Origin: Candidatus Spongiisociaceae bacterium
Lineage (GTDB): Bacteria; Actinomycetota; Acidimicrobiia; Spongiisociales; Spongiisociaceae
Direction of reading: 5' to 3'
Assembly: GCA_965262915.1 (NCBI GenBank)
Contig: OZ253564.1
Location: 416,001-480,000, forward strand
DNA: 64,000 nucleotides
Position 1 is the first letter of the stretch; every line of letters starts with the position of its first letter. Shown piece by piece: positions 1-10,318 of the stretch. The notes beneath the pieces are model-generated. The model saw only the letters and a program-made list of their open reading frames with translations. It was not told the origin of the DNA and ran no database searches. The position numbers and the translations under genes are program-made.

Positions 1-38
1 GGTCGCGCCCTTGGGACCTCCGGGCCCGGGAGTTCGGG

Positions 39-2111
39 ATGACAACCGCGGCGGTCGTCCCGGGGCGCCTCCCACCGCCGCACGGATCGCCGGGAGCCAC
101 AACCCTGCTGGAGGTCGAGAATCTATCGGTGCGGTTCGAATTACCGACCGAGACGGTGCACGCCGTGAGCGGGATAAGCCTCACCGTCGCTCCCAGCGAG
201 ACATTCGCCCTGGTGGGAGAGTCGGGGTCCGGCAAAAGCGTCTCGATGCTCTCCGTGATGGGACTGCTTCCCACGCCGCCGGCGGTGGTGTCCGGCGCCA
301 TCCGTCTGGAGGGCCGCGAGATCCTCGGGATGCCGGGGCGGGAGTTGAACCGGTTCAGGGGCCGGGACGTGGCGATGGTGTTCCAGGAACCGATGTCGTC
401 GCTGAACCCGGTCCATAGGGTCGGTCGCCAGATCGGGGAGAGCCTCCGGATCCATCATCGAGTGAGCCGGTCAGAAGCTCGCCGGCAGGCCGTCCGCCTG
501 CTGGACCGGGTCGGGATACCGGCGGCCGCCACGAGGGTGGACGACTACCCGCACGAGTTCTCGGGCGGCATGCGGCAACGGGCGATGATCGCCATGGCGC
601 TTGCGTGCAACCCCAAACTCCTCATCGCCGACGAGCCGACGACCGCCCTCGACGTGACGGTGCAGGCCCAGATCGTCGACCTGGTCCGGGAGCTGCAGGA
701 CGAGTACCGGTTGGCGGTCGTGTGGATCACCCACGACCTCGGCGTCGTGGCGGAGATCGCCGATCGGGTGGCGGTGATGTACGCGGGCCGGATACTGGAG
801 ACCGGTCCGGCCGGGGACATCTACCGCTCGACCCGGCATCCCTACACCTCGGGCCTGCTCCGGTCGATACCCAGGATGGATCGCCCGGTGGCCTCCCGCC
901 TGGCGGAGATACCGGGGTCCCCGCTCAGGGTGGCGGAGCAACTCCGCGGATGCCCGTTCCACGAGCGCTGCCCATTGGTGGGGGAAGGTTGCCGCGAAGC
1001 CCTCCCCGAGTTGGTCGAGGTGGGATCCGCCCGGCACCGATCAGCCTGTATCCACCACGAGATGATGGGTCCCTCGTCCGCTCTCTGGCCGGAGGAGCCC
1101 GCGGACGCGTCCGACCGAACCGGCCAGGGCGCCGGCGAGACGGTGATCTCGGTGCGGGGGCTCCGGGTGTACTACCCGGTCCACAGGGCACTTGGCCGAT
1201 CCCGGCGGGCGGTCGTGCGGGCCGTCGACGGCGTCGACCTCGACGTGAGGAGGGGTCGGACCGTCGGGGTGGTGGGGGAGAGCGGCTGCGGAAAGACGAC
1301 CTTGGGCCGGGCCCTGGTCGCCCTGGTGCGCCCGACCGCCGGGACCATCGAGATCAACGGCCGCCCGATCGACCATCGGAGCGGGCGGCACCGGCGGGCG
1401 GTGCAGATGATCTTCCAGGATCCGTTCTCCGCCATGAACCCCGGGATGAGAGTGGCAGACGTGATCGCCGAGCCCCTCCGGATCCATCGCGTCGCCGGAC
1501 CCGACGAGATCCGTGCCCGGGTATCCGAGCTGCTCGATCTGGTGGGCCTGCCGCCCGACTCAGGCAAGCGGTATCCGCACGAGTTCAGCGGCGGGCAGCG
1601 GCAGCGCATCGCCATCGCCCGGGCTCTGGCGGCCGAGCCCGAGGTGATCGTCTGCGACGAACCGGTCTCCTCCCTCGATGTCTCGGTGCAGGCACAGGTG
1701 GTGAACCTGCTGGCGGACCTGCAGACCAGGACGGGGACGGCTCTGGTCTTCATAGCCCACGACCTGGCTGTGGTGCGCCACATCTCGCACGAGGTGGCTG
1801 TCATGTACCTGGGCGAGATCGTGGAGCGGGCCGACCGGGATCGCCTGTATGCGGCGCCACTCCATCCGTACACCAAGGCGCTGCTCGATGCGGTCCCCGT
1901 TCCGGAACCGGGCATCCTGGATGGCACGGCCCGTACCCGACTCCTCGGGGATCTTCCCAGCCCGGCAGATCCGCCGTCCGGCTGCCGTTTCCATACCCGA
2001 TGCCCGGTGGCGATCGAAGGCCTGTGCTCGACCGTCAAGCCGGAGCTTGCGGAGGCCACCCCGGGACGTTGGGTGTCGTGCCATCTCGTCAACCCGCCCG
2101 AGCGTGGGTGA
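39..2111 (+). CDS. ABC transporter ATP-binding protein, fused OppD/OppF-type (two NBDs)
   Basis: Two Walker A motifs (GESGSGKS, GESGCGKT), two signatures (FSGGMRQR, FSGGQRQR) and two oligo-HPY C-terminal extensions. Confidence 0.95.
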   Translation: MTTAAVVPGRLPPPHGSPGATTLLEVENLSVRFELPTETVHAVSGISLTVAPSETFALVGESGSGKSVSMLSVMGLLPTPPAVVSGAIRLEGREILGMPGRELNRFRGRDVAMVFQEPMSSLNPVHRVGRQIGESLRIHHRVSRSEARRQAVRLLDRVGIPAAATRVDDYPHEFSGGMRQRAMIAMALACNPKLLIADEPTTALDVTVQAQIVDLVRELQDEYRLAVVWITHDLGVVAEIADRVAVMYAGRILETGPAGDIYRSTRHPYTSGLLRSIPRMDRPVASRLAEIPGSPLRVAEQLRGCPFHERCPLVGEGCREALPELVEVGSARHRSACIHHEMMGPSSALWPEEPADASDRTGQGAGETVISVRGLRVYYPVHRALGRSRRAVVRAVDGVDLDVRRGRTVGVVGESGCGKTTLGRALVALVRPTAGTIEINGRPIDHRSGRHRRAVQMIFQDPFSAMNPGMRVADVIAEPLRIHRVAGPDEIRARVSELLDLVGLPPDSGKRYPHEFSGGQRQRIAIARALAAEPEVIVCDEPVSSLDVSVQAQVVNLLADLQTRTGTALVFIAHDLAVVRHISHEVAVMYLGEIVERADRDRLYAAPLHPYTKALLDAVPVPEPGILDGTARTRLLGDLPSPADPPSGCRFHTRCPVAIEGLCSTVKPELAEATPGRWVSCHLVNPPERG

Positions 2112-2146
2112 CGCTGGACCATCCCAACGGCCTCGACTCCAGCGGT

Positions 2147-2251
2147 TAGGAGGGTGGTCCGAAACGGTGGGGAGCAACGGCCCGTCTTCCTCTGAACAGG
2201 CATTATCTCATCGGTCGACGGGCCGGGAAGGGGTTTCACACCACCCTCCTA
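2147..2251. mobile_element. MITE-like element, copy A (105 bp)
   Basis: Terminal IRs TAGGAGGGTGGTCCGAAAC / GTTTCACACCACCCTCCTA; internal stem CGGCCCGTC..GACGGGCCG around CTGAACAGGCATT; related copies elsewhere in window. Confidence 0.75.
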
Positions 2252-2476
2252 GATCCCCGACCCCGACAGGAGTCGTCGCCAGGAAGCACGCTGCCACCTG
2301 ATCGCAGCGGCCTCGTTCCGGCAGATTCCGCACGTAGCACGGGGCAGGGCCTACTTTTGGCCGACGCCATGGCTATATCCTGGGTACGCTCCTATGCGTG
2401 CTGGGAGGGATACGCACCCGGTAGCCGAATTACATCGACAACCCCCTGGCGGGAGGGGGAAAGGGGACCGAGAAAA

Positions 2477-4294
2477 ATGCAACGGCTGATCCAGTCCAGG
2501 AGCATGCCGCTCCTAGTCGTTCTCGCTCTGGCGGTGATCGCCTGCGGGGGTGATGAGACAGAACCCGAGCCGGCGCCGGCCACGGTTGCTACAGGCGCGC
2601 CGGCCACGACGCAACCAGCCGTCCCGCCTACGACCGTAACGGCGGCGCCCTCCGGGACGGACGAGACGCCCACTACCACGGAGGCTGAGGCCACTACCAC
2701 CGAAGCTGAGGCCACTACCACCAGCGCGGCGCCAACTCCGGAGCCGCCCCCCGCCGAACCCGTGAGGATGCGTGCGGCGGTCACTGGTGATGAGGCAACC
2801 CTCAACCCCTACACGTACATCAGCGGCTTCCCGGGCTGGAACCTGCTCATGCTGCAGTACGACTCGCTGATGCAACTCGACAAGAACGGGGTTCCGCGGC
2901 CCTGGCTGGCGTCCAGCGTCTCCGTCAATGAGGATCTGACGCAGTACTCCGTCACGCTGGTCGAGGGCGTCACCTTTCACGACGGTGAGCCCCTTACGGC
3001 CGACGACGTGGACTTCAGCGTCGACTTCTACGTGAACAACGTCGAGGCGAGTAGGTTCGCCCGTGACTTCAGCGGGGTCGAAGATGTCGTTGTGACGGAC
3101 GACTACAACCTGACCTTCGTTCTTGCGGCCCCCAACGCCGGCTTCGAGCTGGCCGCACTGGCTGACGCGCCCATCATCCCGCGCCACATATGGGAGGGCG
3201 TCGAGCTCCCCTCCGAGCACCAGTTCGAGGGCGGTACCAACATCGGGACCGGTCCCTACAAGCTGGTCGAGTACGTGGAGGGGCAGAGTTACCGTTTCGC
3301 GGCCAACCCCGACTACTTCCGGGGCGCTCCTGCGGTTGACGAGCTCGTTGTGATCGTCTTTGCAGACGACACGGGGTCCCAGGCCGCGATCAGGACCGGG
3401 GAAGTGGACGTGATCTTTGAGCGGATCCCGCCCGAGCAGATCGGCCTTCTTGACTCCCAGGATCCTCTGGACGTCATCCTCGGACCGGAGTTCACCACCC
3501 AGATGATCAACTACGACGCCTCGAAGCGCCCCTTCGACGACGTGGTGGTCCGCCAAGCCATCAACCTGGCCATGAACCGCCAGGACATCGTCGACACGGT
3601 CTTCCTCGGGGCGGCCACCGTGGGCAGTCCTGGTTGGATCCATCCCGGCCATCCGTCCTATAACCCGGATATAGCCACCGTCTACGACCCGGCCGCTGCC
3701 AACGCTTTGCTCGACGGGGCCGGTTATCTCGACAGTGATGGTGACGGCGTGCGGGAGTTCGACGGGCAACCCATGTCGTTCGAGATCATCACCAACTCCC
3801 CCGATTCGCTCCGGCTGCGGATAGCCGAGTTGACCGTGGAGATGCTGGCGGCGATCGGCATCCGCACCTCGGTGTCGGCGGTCGAGACCGGAACATGGGA
3901 GCAGGCCGTCTGGCCGGGTTTCGACGTCAACAACGGCCGCAACTACGACATCGCGATGTGGGGCTGGTCAGCGCCTGTGCAGGCCGACCCGCTGCGACTG
4001 CCATGGTTGGTCCACAGCTCTACGGCCTCGGGGTTCCTCAACCTGACCGGCTACGGCAACGCCGAGATGGACGCGCTCTCCGAGGCGCTGCCTCTGGAGC
4101 CCGATGCGGCGGAACGGAACGCAATCCTGGGCCGTATGCAGGAAATCATCGCCGAGGACCTGCCGTTCGTGCTGCTCCTCTATCCGGACGGCGCCTACGT
4201 CTACAACTCCAGCGTCTACTCGGACTGGGAGTTCATCGCCGGGCAGGGCATCGTCAGCAAGTTGTCTCTGCTTCCGCCATCCGCGCGCCCTTAG
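2477..4294 (+). CDS. ABC transporter substrate-binding lipoprotein, family 5 (peptide/nickel)
   Basis: Lipobox-like VIAC, Thr/Ala/Pro linker with TTTEAEA repeats, motifs TFHDGEPLTADDV and GTGPY; ATG 2477 chosen over the longer ORF start. Confidence 0.92.
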   Translation: MQRLIQSRSMPLLVVLALAVIACGGDETEPEPAPATVATGAPATTQPAVPPTTVTAAPSGTDETPTTTEAEATTTEAEATTTSAAPTPEPPPAEPVRMRAAVTGDEATLNPYTYISGFPGWNLLMLQYDSLMQLDKNGVPRPWLASSVSVNEDLTQYSVTLVEGVTFHDGEPLTADDVDFSVDFYVNNVEASRFARDFSGVEDVVVTDDYNLTFVLAAPNAGFELAALADAPIIPRHIWEGVELPSEHQFEGGTNIGTGPYKLVEYVEGQSYRFAANPDYFRGAPAVDELVVIVFADDTGSQAAIRTGEVDVIFERIPPEQIGLLDSQDPLDVILGPEFTTQMINYDASKRPFDDVVVRQAINLAMNRQDIVDTVFLGAATVGSPGWIHPGHPSYNPDIATVYDPAAANALLDGAGYLDSDGDGVREFDGQPMSFEIITNSPDSLRLRIAELTVEMLAAIGIRTSVSAVETGTWEQAVWPGFDVNNGRNYDIAMWGWSAPVQADPLRLPWLVHSSTASGFLNLTGYGNAEMDALSEALPLEPDAAERNAILGRMQEIIAEDLPFVLLLYPDGAYVYNSSVYSDWEFIAGQGIVSKLSLLPPSARP

Positions 4295-4329
4295 GGCGCG
4301 CGGACCCGCGGCCAAGTTGAGTTGACGGG

Positions 4330-5304
4330 TTGAGACGGCGTATCGACGTCCGTCGACTGGCCCAGTACGGGGTGGTCGTCGTGGTGGCGGTGACCCTGAA
4401 CTTCCTGCTACCCAGGCTGATGCCCGGCAACCCGCTGGTCCTGATCGCGGGGGTGGACGTCGGTCTTCTGAGCCCTGAGCAGCGGGCGGAGATCGTGGCC
4501 CGCGTGGGTTTGGACGCGCCACTCTGGAAGCAGTACCTCCGCTATTGGGGGGACATATTCACCGGAGACTTCGGGTACTCGTTCCGGTCGAGCCGGCCCA
4601 TCGTCGATATGATCTGGGATCGGCTCCCGTGGACCTTGCTGATCACGGGGCTGTCGCTGATCGTATCGGCAGTGGTGGGGGTGGTCCTGGGGGCTGTCTC
4701 GGCGTGGCGGAGGGGCACCAAAAGCGACCTGGGCCTACTCTCGGGGATGATCTCGATCGAGTCTCTGCCCTCCTTCTGGTTGGGCATGGTCCTGATCTCG
4801 ATCTTCGCTGTCCAGTGGGGCTTGCTGCCGTCGTTCGGCGCCGTGACCCCCGCTTCCGACCTCGTCGGGTGGGCCCACACTTGGGACATCATCAGACATG
4901 CCATTCTGCCGGTGGTCACCCTGTCGGTCCTGGCGACACCCGGTGTCTACATGACAATGCGCTACTCGATGCTCGAGACTCTCGGGGAGGATTACATCCG
5001 CACCGCCAGAGCCAAGGGCGCCGGTGAGCGGAGGGTGCTCTTCGGGCACGTCGCCCGCAACACCATCGCCCCGGTGGTCACTGTGCTTGCCCTCCGGTTC
5101 GGATTTGCCTTCGGCGGCACGGTCATCATCGAGACGGTCTTCACCTATCCAGGGCTGGGGCGGCTCGTGTTCGAGGCGGTGTCAGGCCGTGACTATCCGG
5201 TCATGCAGGCGGCCTTCCTGGTCTTCACAGCGGCGGTGCTGGTGGCCAACCTGGCGGCCGACTTACTCTATCCCCTGATCGATCCCCGGACCAGGGCATC
5301 ATGA
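4330..5304 (+). CDS. ABC transporter permease (OppB/DppB-like)
   Basis: PG-P N-terminal motif, EAA loop EDYIRTARAKG, RDYPVMQ. Confidence 0.93.
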   Translation: MRRRIDVRRLAQYGVVVVVAVTLNFLLPRLMPGNPLVLIAGVDVGLLSPEQRAEIVARVGLDAPLWKQYLRYWGDIFTGDFGYSFRSSRPIVDMIWDRLPWTLLITGLSLIVSAVVGVVLGAVSAWRRGTKSDLGLLSGMISIESLPSFWLGMVLISIFAVQWGLLPSFGAVTPASDLVGWAHTWDIIRHAILPVVTLSVLATPGVYMTMRYSMLETLGEDYIRTARAKGAGERRVLFGHVARNTIAPVVTVLALRFGFAFGGTVIIETVFTYPGLGRLVFEAVSGRDYPVMQAAFLVFTAAVLVANLAADLLYPLIDPRTRAS

Positions 5305-6167
5305 CCCTTGCCGAGGAGCAGGACGGCGTGGTGAGGCGGACCATACGTCGCCGTTCCCGGCTCCCCGTGCTCTTCGGGGTGAGCGGAGGAACGATCGTAG
5401 GAGTGCTCGTATGTGGGGCGGTGTTCGCCCCCTGGCTGGCGCCCTACGACCCGTCCGAGCGGGTGGCGACCCCCTTCCTTCCGCCCAGTCCGGACCACCT
5501 GCTCGGTACCAACGACGTCGGCCAGGACCTCCTCTCGGAACTCATCTTCGGAGCCCGGGTATCTCTGTCGATCGGGATAATTGCCGCGGCGGTCGCCCTG
5601 CTGATCGGAACGGCGGTAGGAGTGGTGGCGGGGTACTACCCCAAACGGTTGGGGGCGGTGATGATGCGGGGCGTCGACGTGATCCTCATCCTGCCATTCC
5701 TGCCGCTGCTCATCGTGCTCGCCGCCTATCTCGGGCGGAGCCTGCTCAACACGATTCTGGTGATCGGAGTCCTGATCTGGGCTGAGCCGGCTCGTATCAT
5801 CCGATCGCAGGTACTCTCCCTCCGGGCGCGCGAGTACGTGCTAGCGGCCCGCTCGATGGGCGCTCCGGACCGCTGGACCATACTCCGCCACATCGTGCCG
5901 CGGACCGCTCTGCTGGCCACGGGCTCCTTCGTGCGGGCGGTTTCGGGGGCGATCCTGCTGGAGGCGGCGCTCAGCTTCCTCGGTCTCGGCGATCCCATCC
6001 AGAAGAGCTGGGGATCGACCCTGTTCTGGGCCCAGAACCGAGGGGCCTTCCTCACGCCGGCGTGGAAGTGGTGGGTACTGCCGCCCGGGCTACTGATCAT
6101 GCTGGCATCCCTCGGGTTCGCGCTCATCGCCTTCTCGCTCGAGGACCGCATCAACCCGCGTCTCTAG
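5301..6167 (+). CDS. ABC transporter permease (OppC/DppC-like)
   Basis: HLLGTNDVGQD, REYVLAARSMG, EAALSFLGLG; ATGA overlap with upstream permease. Confidence 0.93.
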   Translation: MTLAEEQDGVVRRTIRRRSRLPVLFGVSGGTIVGVLVCGAVFAPWLAPYDPSERVATPFLPPSPDHLLGTNDVGQDLLSELIFGARVSLSIGIIAAAVALLIGTAVGVVAGYYPKRLGAVMMRGVDVILILPFLPLLIVLAAYLGRSLLNTILVIGVLIWAEPARIIRSQVLSLRAREYVLAARSMGAPDRWTILRHIVPRTALLATGSFVRAVSGAILLEAALSFLGLGDPIQKSWGSTLFWAQNRGAFLTPAWKWWVLPPGLLIMLASLGFALIAFSLEDRINPRL

Positions 6168-6281
6168 GAGAGTCGGCAGGGGATGAATGTATGGAGAGGT
6201 CGTGGAGGTTGTACACAGCCGGGAATGTTCGCGTACCGTCCCCTCTTCCCAGCCTGATAGCCTTTGCGAACATAGCCATGG

Positions 6282-8039
6282 TTGAGGGGCGACTGTTTGA
6301 CTGGGGCACGCGACGACGAAAAGATCCGCTACGAGCCGGACGATAGCCCACCCTCTTTAGTAGCCATTGGCGCTGGTTTTCAGTCGGCTATGGTAATCGT
6401 TGCGCCGGTGGTCTTGACCGTGGTCATTGTGGCTCGCATTGCCGAACAGCCCGAGAGTTACGTATCGTGGGCCGTCTTTGCGGCACTGCTGGTCAGCGGA
6501 GTCACGACCGTTCTCCAGGCCGTCGGGGTCGGACGGGTCGGAGCCAGGCATGTGCTCATCATGGGTACCTCAGGGGCCTTCATCGCGGTCTGTGTGGCGG
6601 CCCTGGTAGGAGGCGGTCCTTCCACGATGGCGAGCCTGATCGTGGTCTCGTCGCTGTTCCAGTTCATGCTGGCAGCCCGGCTCTCGCTGCTGCGCCGCAT
6701 ATTTACTCCGGTTGTCTCGGGCACTGTGATCATGCTGATAGCAGCCACGGTCCTGCCGATCGTCTTCGCTTCGCTGACCGACGTGCCCGATGGCGCATCG
6801 CCGGCTGCCGCTCCGGCAGCCGCTGTGGCCACACTGGCTGTCGTCGGAGCCCTTGTGCTGCGTGCTCCCTTGGCATGGCGGCTATGGTCGCCGGTCATCG
6901 GCATAGCGGTGGGTTGTGCGGTGGCCGTGCCCTTCGGGCTGTACGACGCGCAGCAGGTGTTGGACGCGCCGTGGTTCGGCATCTCTCCGGGCGCCTGGCC
7001 GGGATTGGATCTGACCCCGGGTCCGCAGTTCTGGGCACTGCTGCCGGCGTTCGTGGTGGTCACCCTCGTCGGCGCGGTGGAAACCATCGGCGACGGGGTA
7101 GCAATTCAAAGGGTGTCCCGACGCAATCCGCGGGCAACCGATTTCCGGGTGGTCCAGGGCGCTCTGAACGCCGACGGCGTGGGAAATCTGCTCTCGGGTA
7201 TTGCCGGAACGCTTCCCAATACGACCTACTCCTCCAGCATTTCTCTTGTCGAGGTCACGGGAATCGCCACACGGCGGGTAGGCGTCGTCATCGGTGCAGT
7301 CTTCGTGGGGGTGGCCTTCCTCCCCAAAGCTACGGCCTTGCTGATAGCCATACCCAGCCCGGTGGCCGCCGCCTACGTGACCGTCCTTCTGGGAATGCTC
7401 TTCGTCCAGGGTATGAGGATCATCATTCAAGATGGTGTCGACCACCGGAAGGCCACCGTTGCAGGATTGTCGTTCTTGATCGGCGTGGGCTTTCAGAACA
7501 AGTGGATCTTTCCCGACCTGCTGGGAGATGGATTCTTGGGTGTACTGCTCGGCAACGGCATGACGTCCGGCGCTCTCGTCGCGGTCGTCATGATGGTGTT
7601 CATAGAACTGACCGCCCCCAGGCGCAAGCGTCTGGAGGTTGAATTGAACCGGGACGCCCTGGCGAAACTGGCGCACTTCCTGCGCGGGTTCGCATCCAGG
7701 GCCGGATGGGACTCGGCTTCGGCCGAGCGCCTGGTCCTGGTCGGAGAGGAAACACTGTCCAGCCTGTTCTCGGAGGAAGGCGAATACCTGGCGGATGATG
7801 GCGCTCGGCGTCTGGTCGTAACCGCCCGCCCCGACGGCGCCGGGGCGCAACTGGAGTTCGTGTCGGCAGCCGAGGGGGAGAACTTGGAGGACCGGCTGGC
7901 GTATCTGGGAGAAACGCCGGAGATACCGGACGGTCGGGAAATATCCTTCCGCCTGTTACACCACTATTCCTCCTCGGTACGCCACCAGAAGTATCACGGC
8001 GTGGACATCGTTACGGTGCAGGTGGAAGGCTCGCGCTAG
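6282..8039 (+). CDS. NCS2/nucleobase:cation symporter family permease with extra C-terminal soluble domain
   Basis: SGVTTVLQ, GTSGAF, ETIGD, ADGVGN and PNTTYS motifs of uracil/xanthine permeases; ~140 aa hydrophilic tail. Confidence 0.85.
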   Translation: MRGDCLTGARDDEKIRYEPDDSPPSLVAIGAGFQSAMVIVAPVVLTVVIVARIAEQPESYVSWAVFAALLVSGVTTVLQAVGVGRVGARHVLIMGTSGAFIAVCVAALVGGGPSTMASLIVVSSLFQFMLAARLSLLRRIFTPVVSGTVIMLIAATVLPIVFASLTDVPDGASPAAAPAAAVATLAVVGALVLRAPLAWRLWSPVIGIAVGCAVAVPFGLYDAQQVLDAPWFGISPGAWPGLDLTPGPQFWALLPAFVVVTLVGAVETIGDGVAIQRVSRRNPRATDFRVVQGALNADGVGNLLSGIAGTLPNTTYSSSISLVEVTGIATRRVGVVIGAVFVGVAFLPKATALLIAIPSPVAAAYVTVLLGMLFVQGMRIIIQDGVDHRKATVAGLSFLIGVGFQNKWIFPDLLGDGFLGVLLGNGMTSGALVAVVMMVFIELTAPRRKRLEVELNRDALAKLAHFLRGFASRAGWDSASAERLVLVGEETLSSLFSEEGEYLADDGARRLVVTARPDGAGAQLEFVSAAEGENLEDRLAYLGETPEIPDGREISFRLLHHYSSSVRHQKYHGVDIVTVQVEGSR

Positions 8040-8153
8040 GAGGGTGCTGAAAAACCCGGTGCAAAGGGGTTCGCCCGCTAGCCCGCAACGCTCAGACCAG
8101 GTAGTTTTGCCAACCAGCGAACCCCGCAAGATTCGTTTTTGAGCATCCTCCTA
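8037..8153. mobile_element. MITE-like element, copy B (117 bp)
   Basis: IRs TAGGAGGGTGCTGAAAAAC / GTTTTTGAGCATCCTCCTA, each end within CTAG; internal stem GGGGTTCGC..GCGAACCCC; left TAG is the permease stop codon. Confidence 0.75.
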
Positions 8154-8186
8154 GTTCGTCACCGGCGAGAGCGAGCCCTCCGCCGG

Positions 8187-8930
8187 TTACTCAGCCGGCA
8201 CGAAGGCGGCGATCTCCAGGCCTGCTCCCCGTGCCAGGCTCATGAAGAGGCCATCGAAGCCGTCGGCGCCATCTGGATAGGCACCTCGGGCGGCGGCCAG
8301 GGCGGCGGCCGCCATGCATATTGCATTGAGGAAGGCCCCGTCGTCGGCGATCCCCCGGATACGCTCATGATCACCCTGGTCGTCACGCACTTTCAGGCGG
8401 ACCTCAACCCCCCGCCATGGTGTGTCGTCGGGAGCGGCGAGACAGGTCGCGGACGGCCAGGGGAACGGGCTCTCCACCCTGCCGGCCCATAGTGGGCCTA
8501 CGGGATCGGGGAAGGTGACCGGTATCCCGGCGCCCAGAGGGTGGCCGGGCACCGTCCAGGCGAGGCGCGACTCGACGGGCCTGACGCCCGGTTCGATCAT
8601 CGACATGGCCAGGGCGGCGGCCAGTCCCGACCCCGTCAGTACTCCACCTACGAAGGTACTTCCCTTTGCGGGGTACCCGGTGGGCAGTTCGTCCCCGACC
8701 ACTACCGGAATCCCCAGCGATGAGGCTTCGCCGACGACGGACCGGGAAGCCTCCGAGATAGCACCCACCGCCAGAGCATCCCAGCCGGCCACCGTCGTCA
8801 CTGAAACCGTGCGGTCGAGCACCGGGTCTCCGTGGAACAGGCCGACCTCCACATCGGGCTCGGCGAGGAGGACCCTCATCACACGGCGACCCAGGTCACC
8901 GTCCACATGGAGGGCGATGCGGGCGGTCAC
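8187..8930 (-). CDS. Hypothetical protein, possible degenerate Rossmann-fold oxidoreductase-like
   Basis: GTG start overlaps stop of upstream small ORF (GTGA); N-terminus RIALHVDGDLGRRV resembles a beta-alpha nucleotide-binding start. Confidence 0.6.
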   Translation of the reverse strand: MTARIALHVDGDLGRRVMRVLLAEPDVEVGLFHGDPVLDRTVSVTTVAGWDALAVGAISEASRSVVGEASSLGIPVVVGDELPTGYPAKGSTFVGGVLTGSGLAAALAMSMIEPGVRPVESRLAWTVPGHPLGAGIPVTFPDPVGPLWAGRVESPFPWPSATCLAAPDDTPWRGVEVRLKVRDDQGDHERIRGIADDGAFLNAICMAAAALAAARGAYPDGADGFDGLFMSLARGAGLEIAAFVPAE

Positions 8931-9073
8931 CGATCCGCCGGCGCCGGAACCCAGGTTCCCGGCTCGGCGGGAGGCTTGACCACCGGGGGCCGGCGGGCAG
9001 CCCGGATAACCAGAACTGCAATGGCCGCCACCACCGCCAACGTGAACAGGCGTCGGAACTTCATCATTCGCAT
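8927..9073 (-). CDS. Small single-TM protein
   Basis: Basic N-terminus, hydrophobic LFTLAVVAAIAVLVI, GTWVP tail; coupled to the downstream ORF. Confidence 0.55.
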   Translation of the reverse strand: MRMMKFRRLFTLAVVAAIAVLVIRAARRPPVVKPPAEPGTWVPAPADR

Positions 9074-9179
9074 TGTAGATCGGGGTGGAACAGACCCTGG
9101 CCGGGCATCGGAGTCGACAACGGATGGTTCCATCAGCGAGCAACGATGGCTACCGCCTCGTCATCAGGAGGAACGTGAT

Positions 9180-9857
9180 ATGACTTCCATGCTGACCCGC
9201 CCCACCTACAGCCTCTCTGAGGCGTCACGGCTGCTCCGTGTATCGCCTTCGAAGCTCCGTTGGTGGCTGGAGGGCGCAGTTCGGGGTCCGAGGCGATATC
9301 CGTCCGTCCTTCGTAATCCGTCCGTCCTTCGTAGCGAGCCTACGGGCAGCTCGCAGGTCTCGTGGGGCGAGTTCATCGAGGCGGCATACCTGCGCGAGTA
9401 CCTCCAACACCTGCCCCTGCAACGTCTCCGCCCGCTAAGGGAAGTTCTGAGCCGCGAGTTCGATACACCGTTTCCGTTTGCGGTCTCCAAGCCTCTGATA
9501 GCGGGCCGAGATCTCGTTTCTGAGATGCAGAGGAGCTTGGAGATCCCCGAGGAACTGTGGATGGTCGTGGGTTCTGGGCAGCTCATGCTCAGTTCGGCTG
9601 CGGAGACCTTTTGCAGACGCGTCGGGCTCGATGAGGCAACGGAAGAAGCCATACGCTACGTCGTAATGGAAGCGACGGAGCCGGTGTACGTGAACCCCCG
9701 TTTCTCGTTCGGAATCCCGACCGTAAGGAGCGTTCGCACCGAGATCATCGCGGAACTGCACTCGGCGATTATCGACATCTATCAGGCTCACGGAGTCACC
9801 GAACAGGACATCAATGCGGCGGTCGATTTCGAGACAAGGTTTCTCAGGGCTGCGTGA
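9180..9857 (+). CDS. DUF433-domain HTH protein (VapB45-like antitoxin)
   Basis: AGGAG RBS; YSLSEASRLL HTH start; VNPRFSFGIPTV DUF433 motif; contains an 18-bp in-frame duplication (PSVLR twice). Confidence 0.8.
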   Translation: MTSMLTRPTYSLSEASRLLRVSPSKLRWWLEGAVRGPRRYPSVLRNPSVLRSEPTGSSQVSWGEFIEAAYLREYLQHLPLQRLRPLREVLSREFDTPFPFAVSKPLIAGRDLVSEMQRSLEIPEELWMVVGSGQLMLSSAAETFCRRVGLDEATEEAIRYVVMEATEPVYVNPRFSFGIPTVRSVRTEIIAELHSAIIDIYQAHGVTEQDINAAVDFETRFLRAA

Positions 9858-10318
9858 CTGGGTTGGTGGAATTGCCCCAGCGCGTGAGACGGGGCGGCAC
9901 TATCCGGTTCTTCTTCGATGAGGACACCCTCGGCATCGGACAAGTCATGGCTGCCGCACGCGGCGACTGCATCTACCCGGGGCACCCTCGGTCGCCGGTA
10001 AATGTCGGTACGGACGACGTGGACTGGATTCCGGCGGTGGCGGCAGAAGGGTGGATCGTTGTAGCGCGGGACAACAAGATCCGCTCGCGACCGGCCGAGA
10101 GGGCGGCCCTAGCCGAGCACCCGCTCCGCATGCGGGTGCTTACCGGCGCAGGGAACCTCAGTGTGTGGGAACAACTCCGTGTATTGGTGGCGGGAACCGC
10201 CTCCCTGGATGTATGCGGTAACGAAGAACGGGCTTCGCGAGATACGGTGTCCGGGATAACGAGTTCGAGCGGGGTTCAGAAGTCGATGCCGCGTATGGCC
10301 GTGATGCCCTGCTCGTAG
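9854..10318 (+). CDS. PIN-like toxin (VapC45 type)
   Basis: RFFFDE, DDVDWI, GWIVVARDNKIR motifs; GTGA overlap with the DUF433 gene; 3' end runs into cobO and may be degenerate. Confidence 0.75.
   Translation: MTGLVELPQRVRRGGTIRFFFDEDTLGIGQVMAAARGDCIYPGHPRSPVNVGTDDVDWIPAVAAEGWIVVARDNKIRSRPAERAALAEHPLRMRVLTGAGNLSVWEQLRVLVAGTASLDVCGNEERASRDTVSGITSSSGVQKSMPRMAVMPCS

Noticed and set aside
605-2149. Long alternative-frame ORFs (e.g. 605-2149, 14041-15288, 30298-32076, 33007-34398, 48411-49718)
   Set aside because: Arg/Gly/Pro-rich shadow frames of well-supported genes, expected in high-GC DNA.
2672-2722. 21-bp tandem repeats in the substrate-binding protein gene
   Set aside because: They encode an ordinary Thr/Ala/Glu lipoprotein linker (TTTEAEA).
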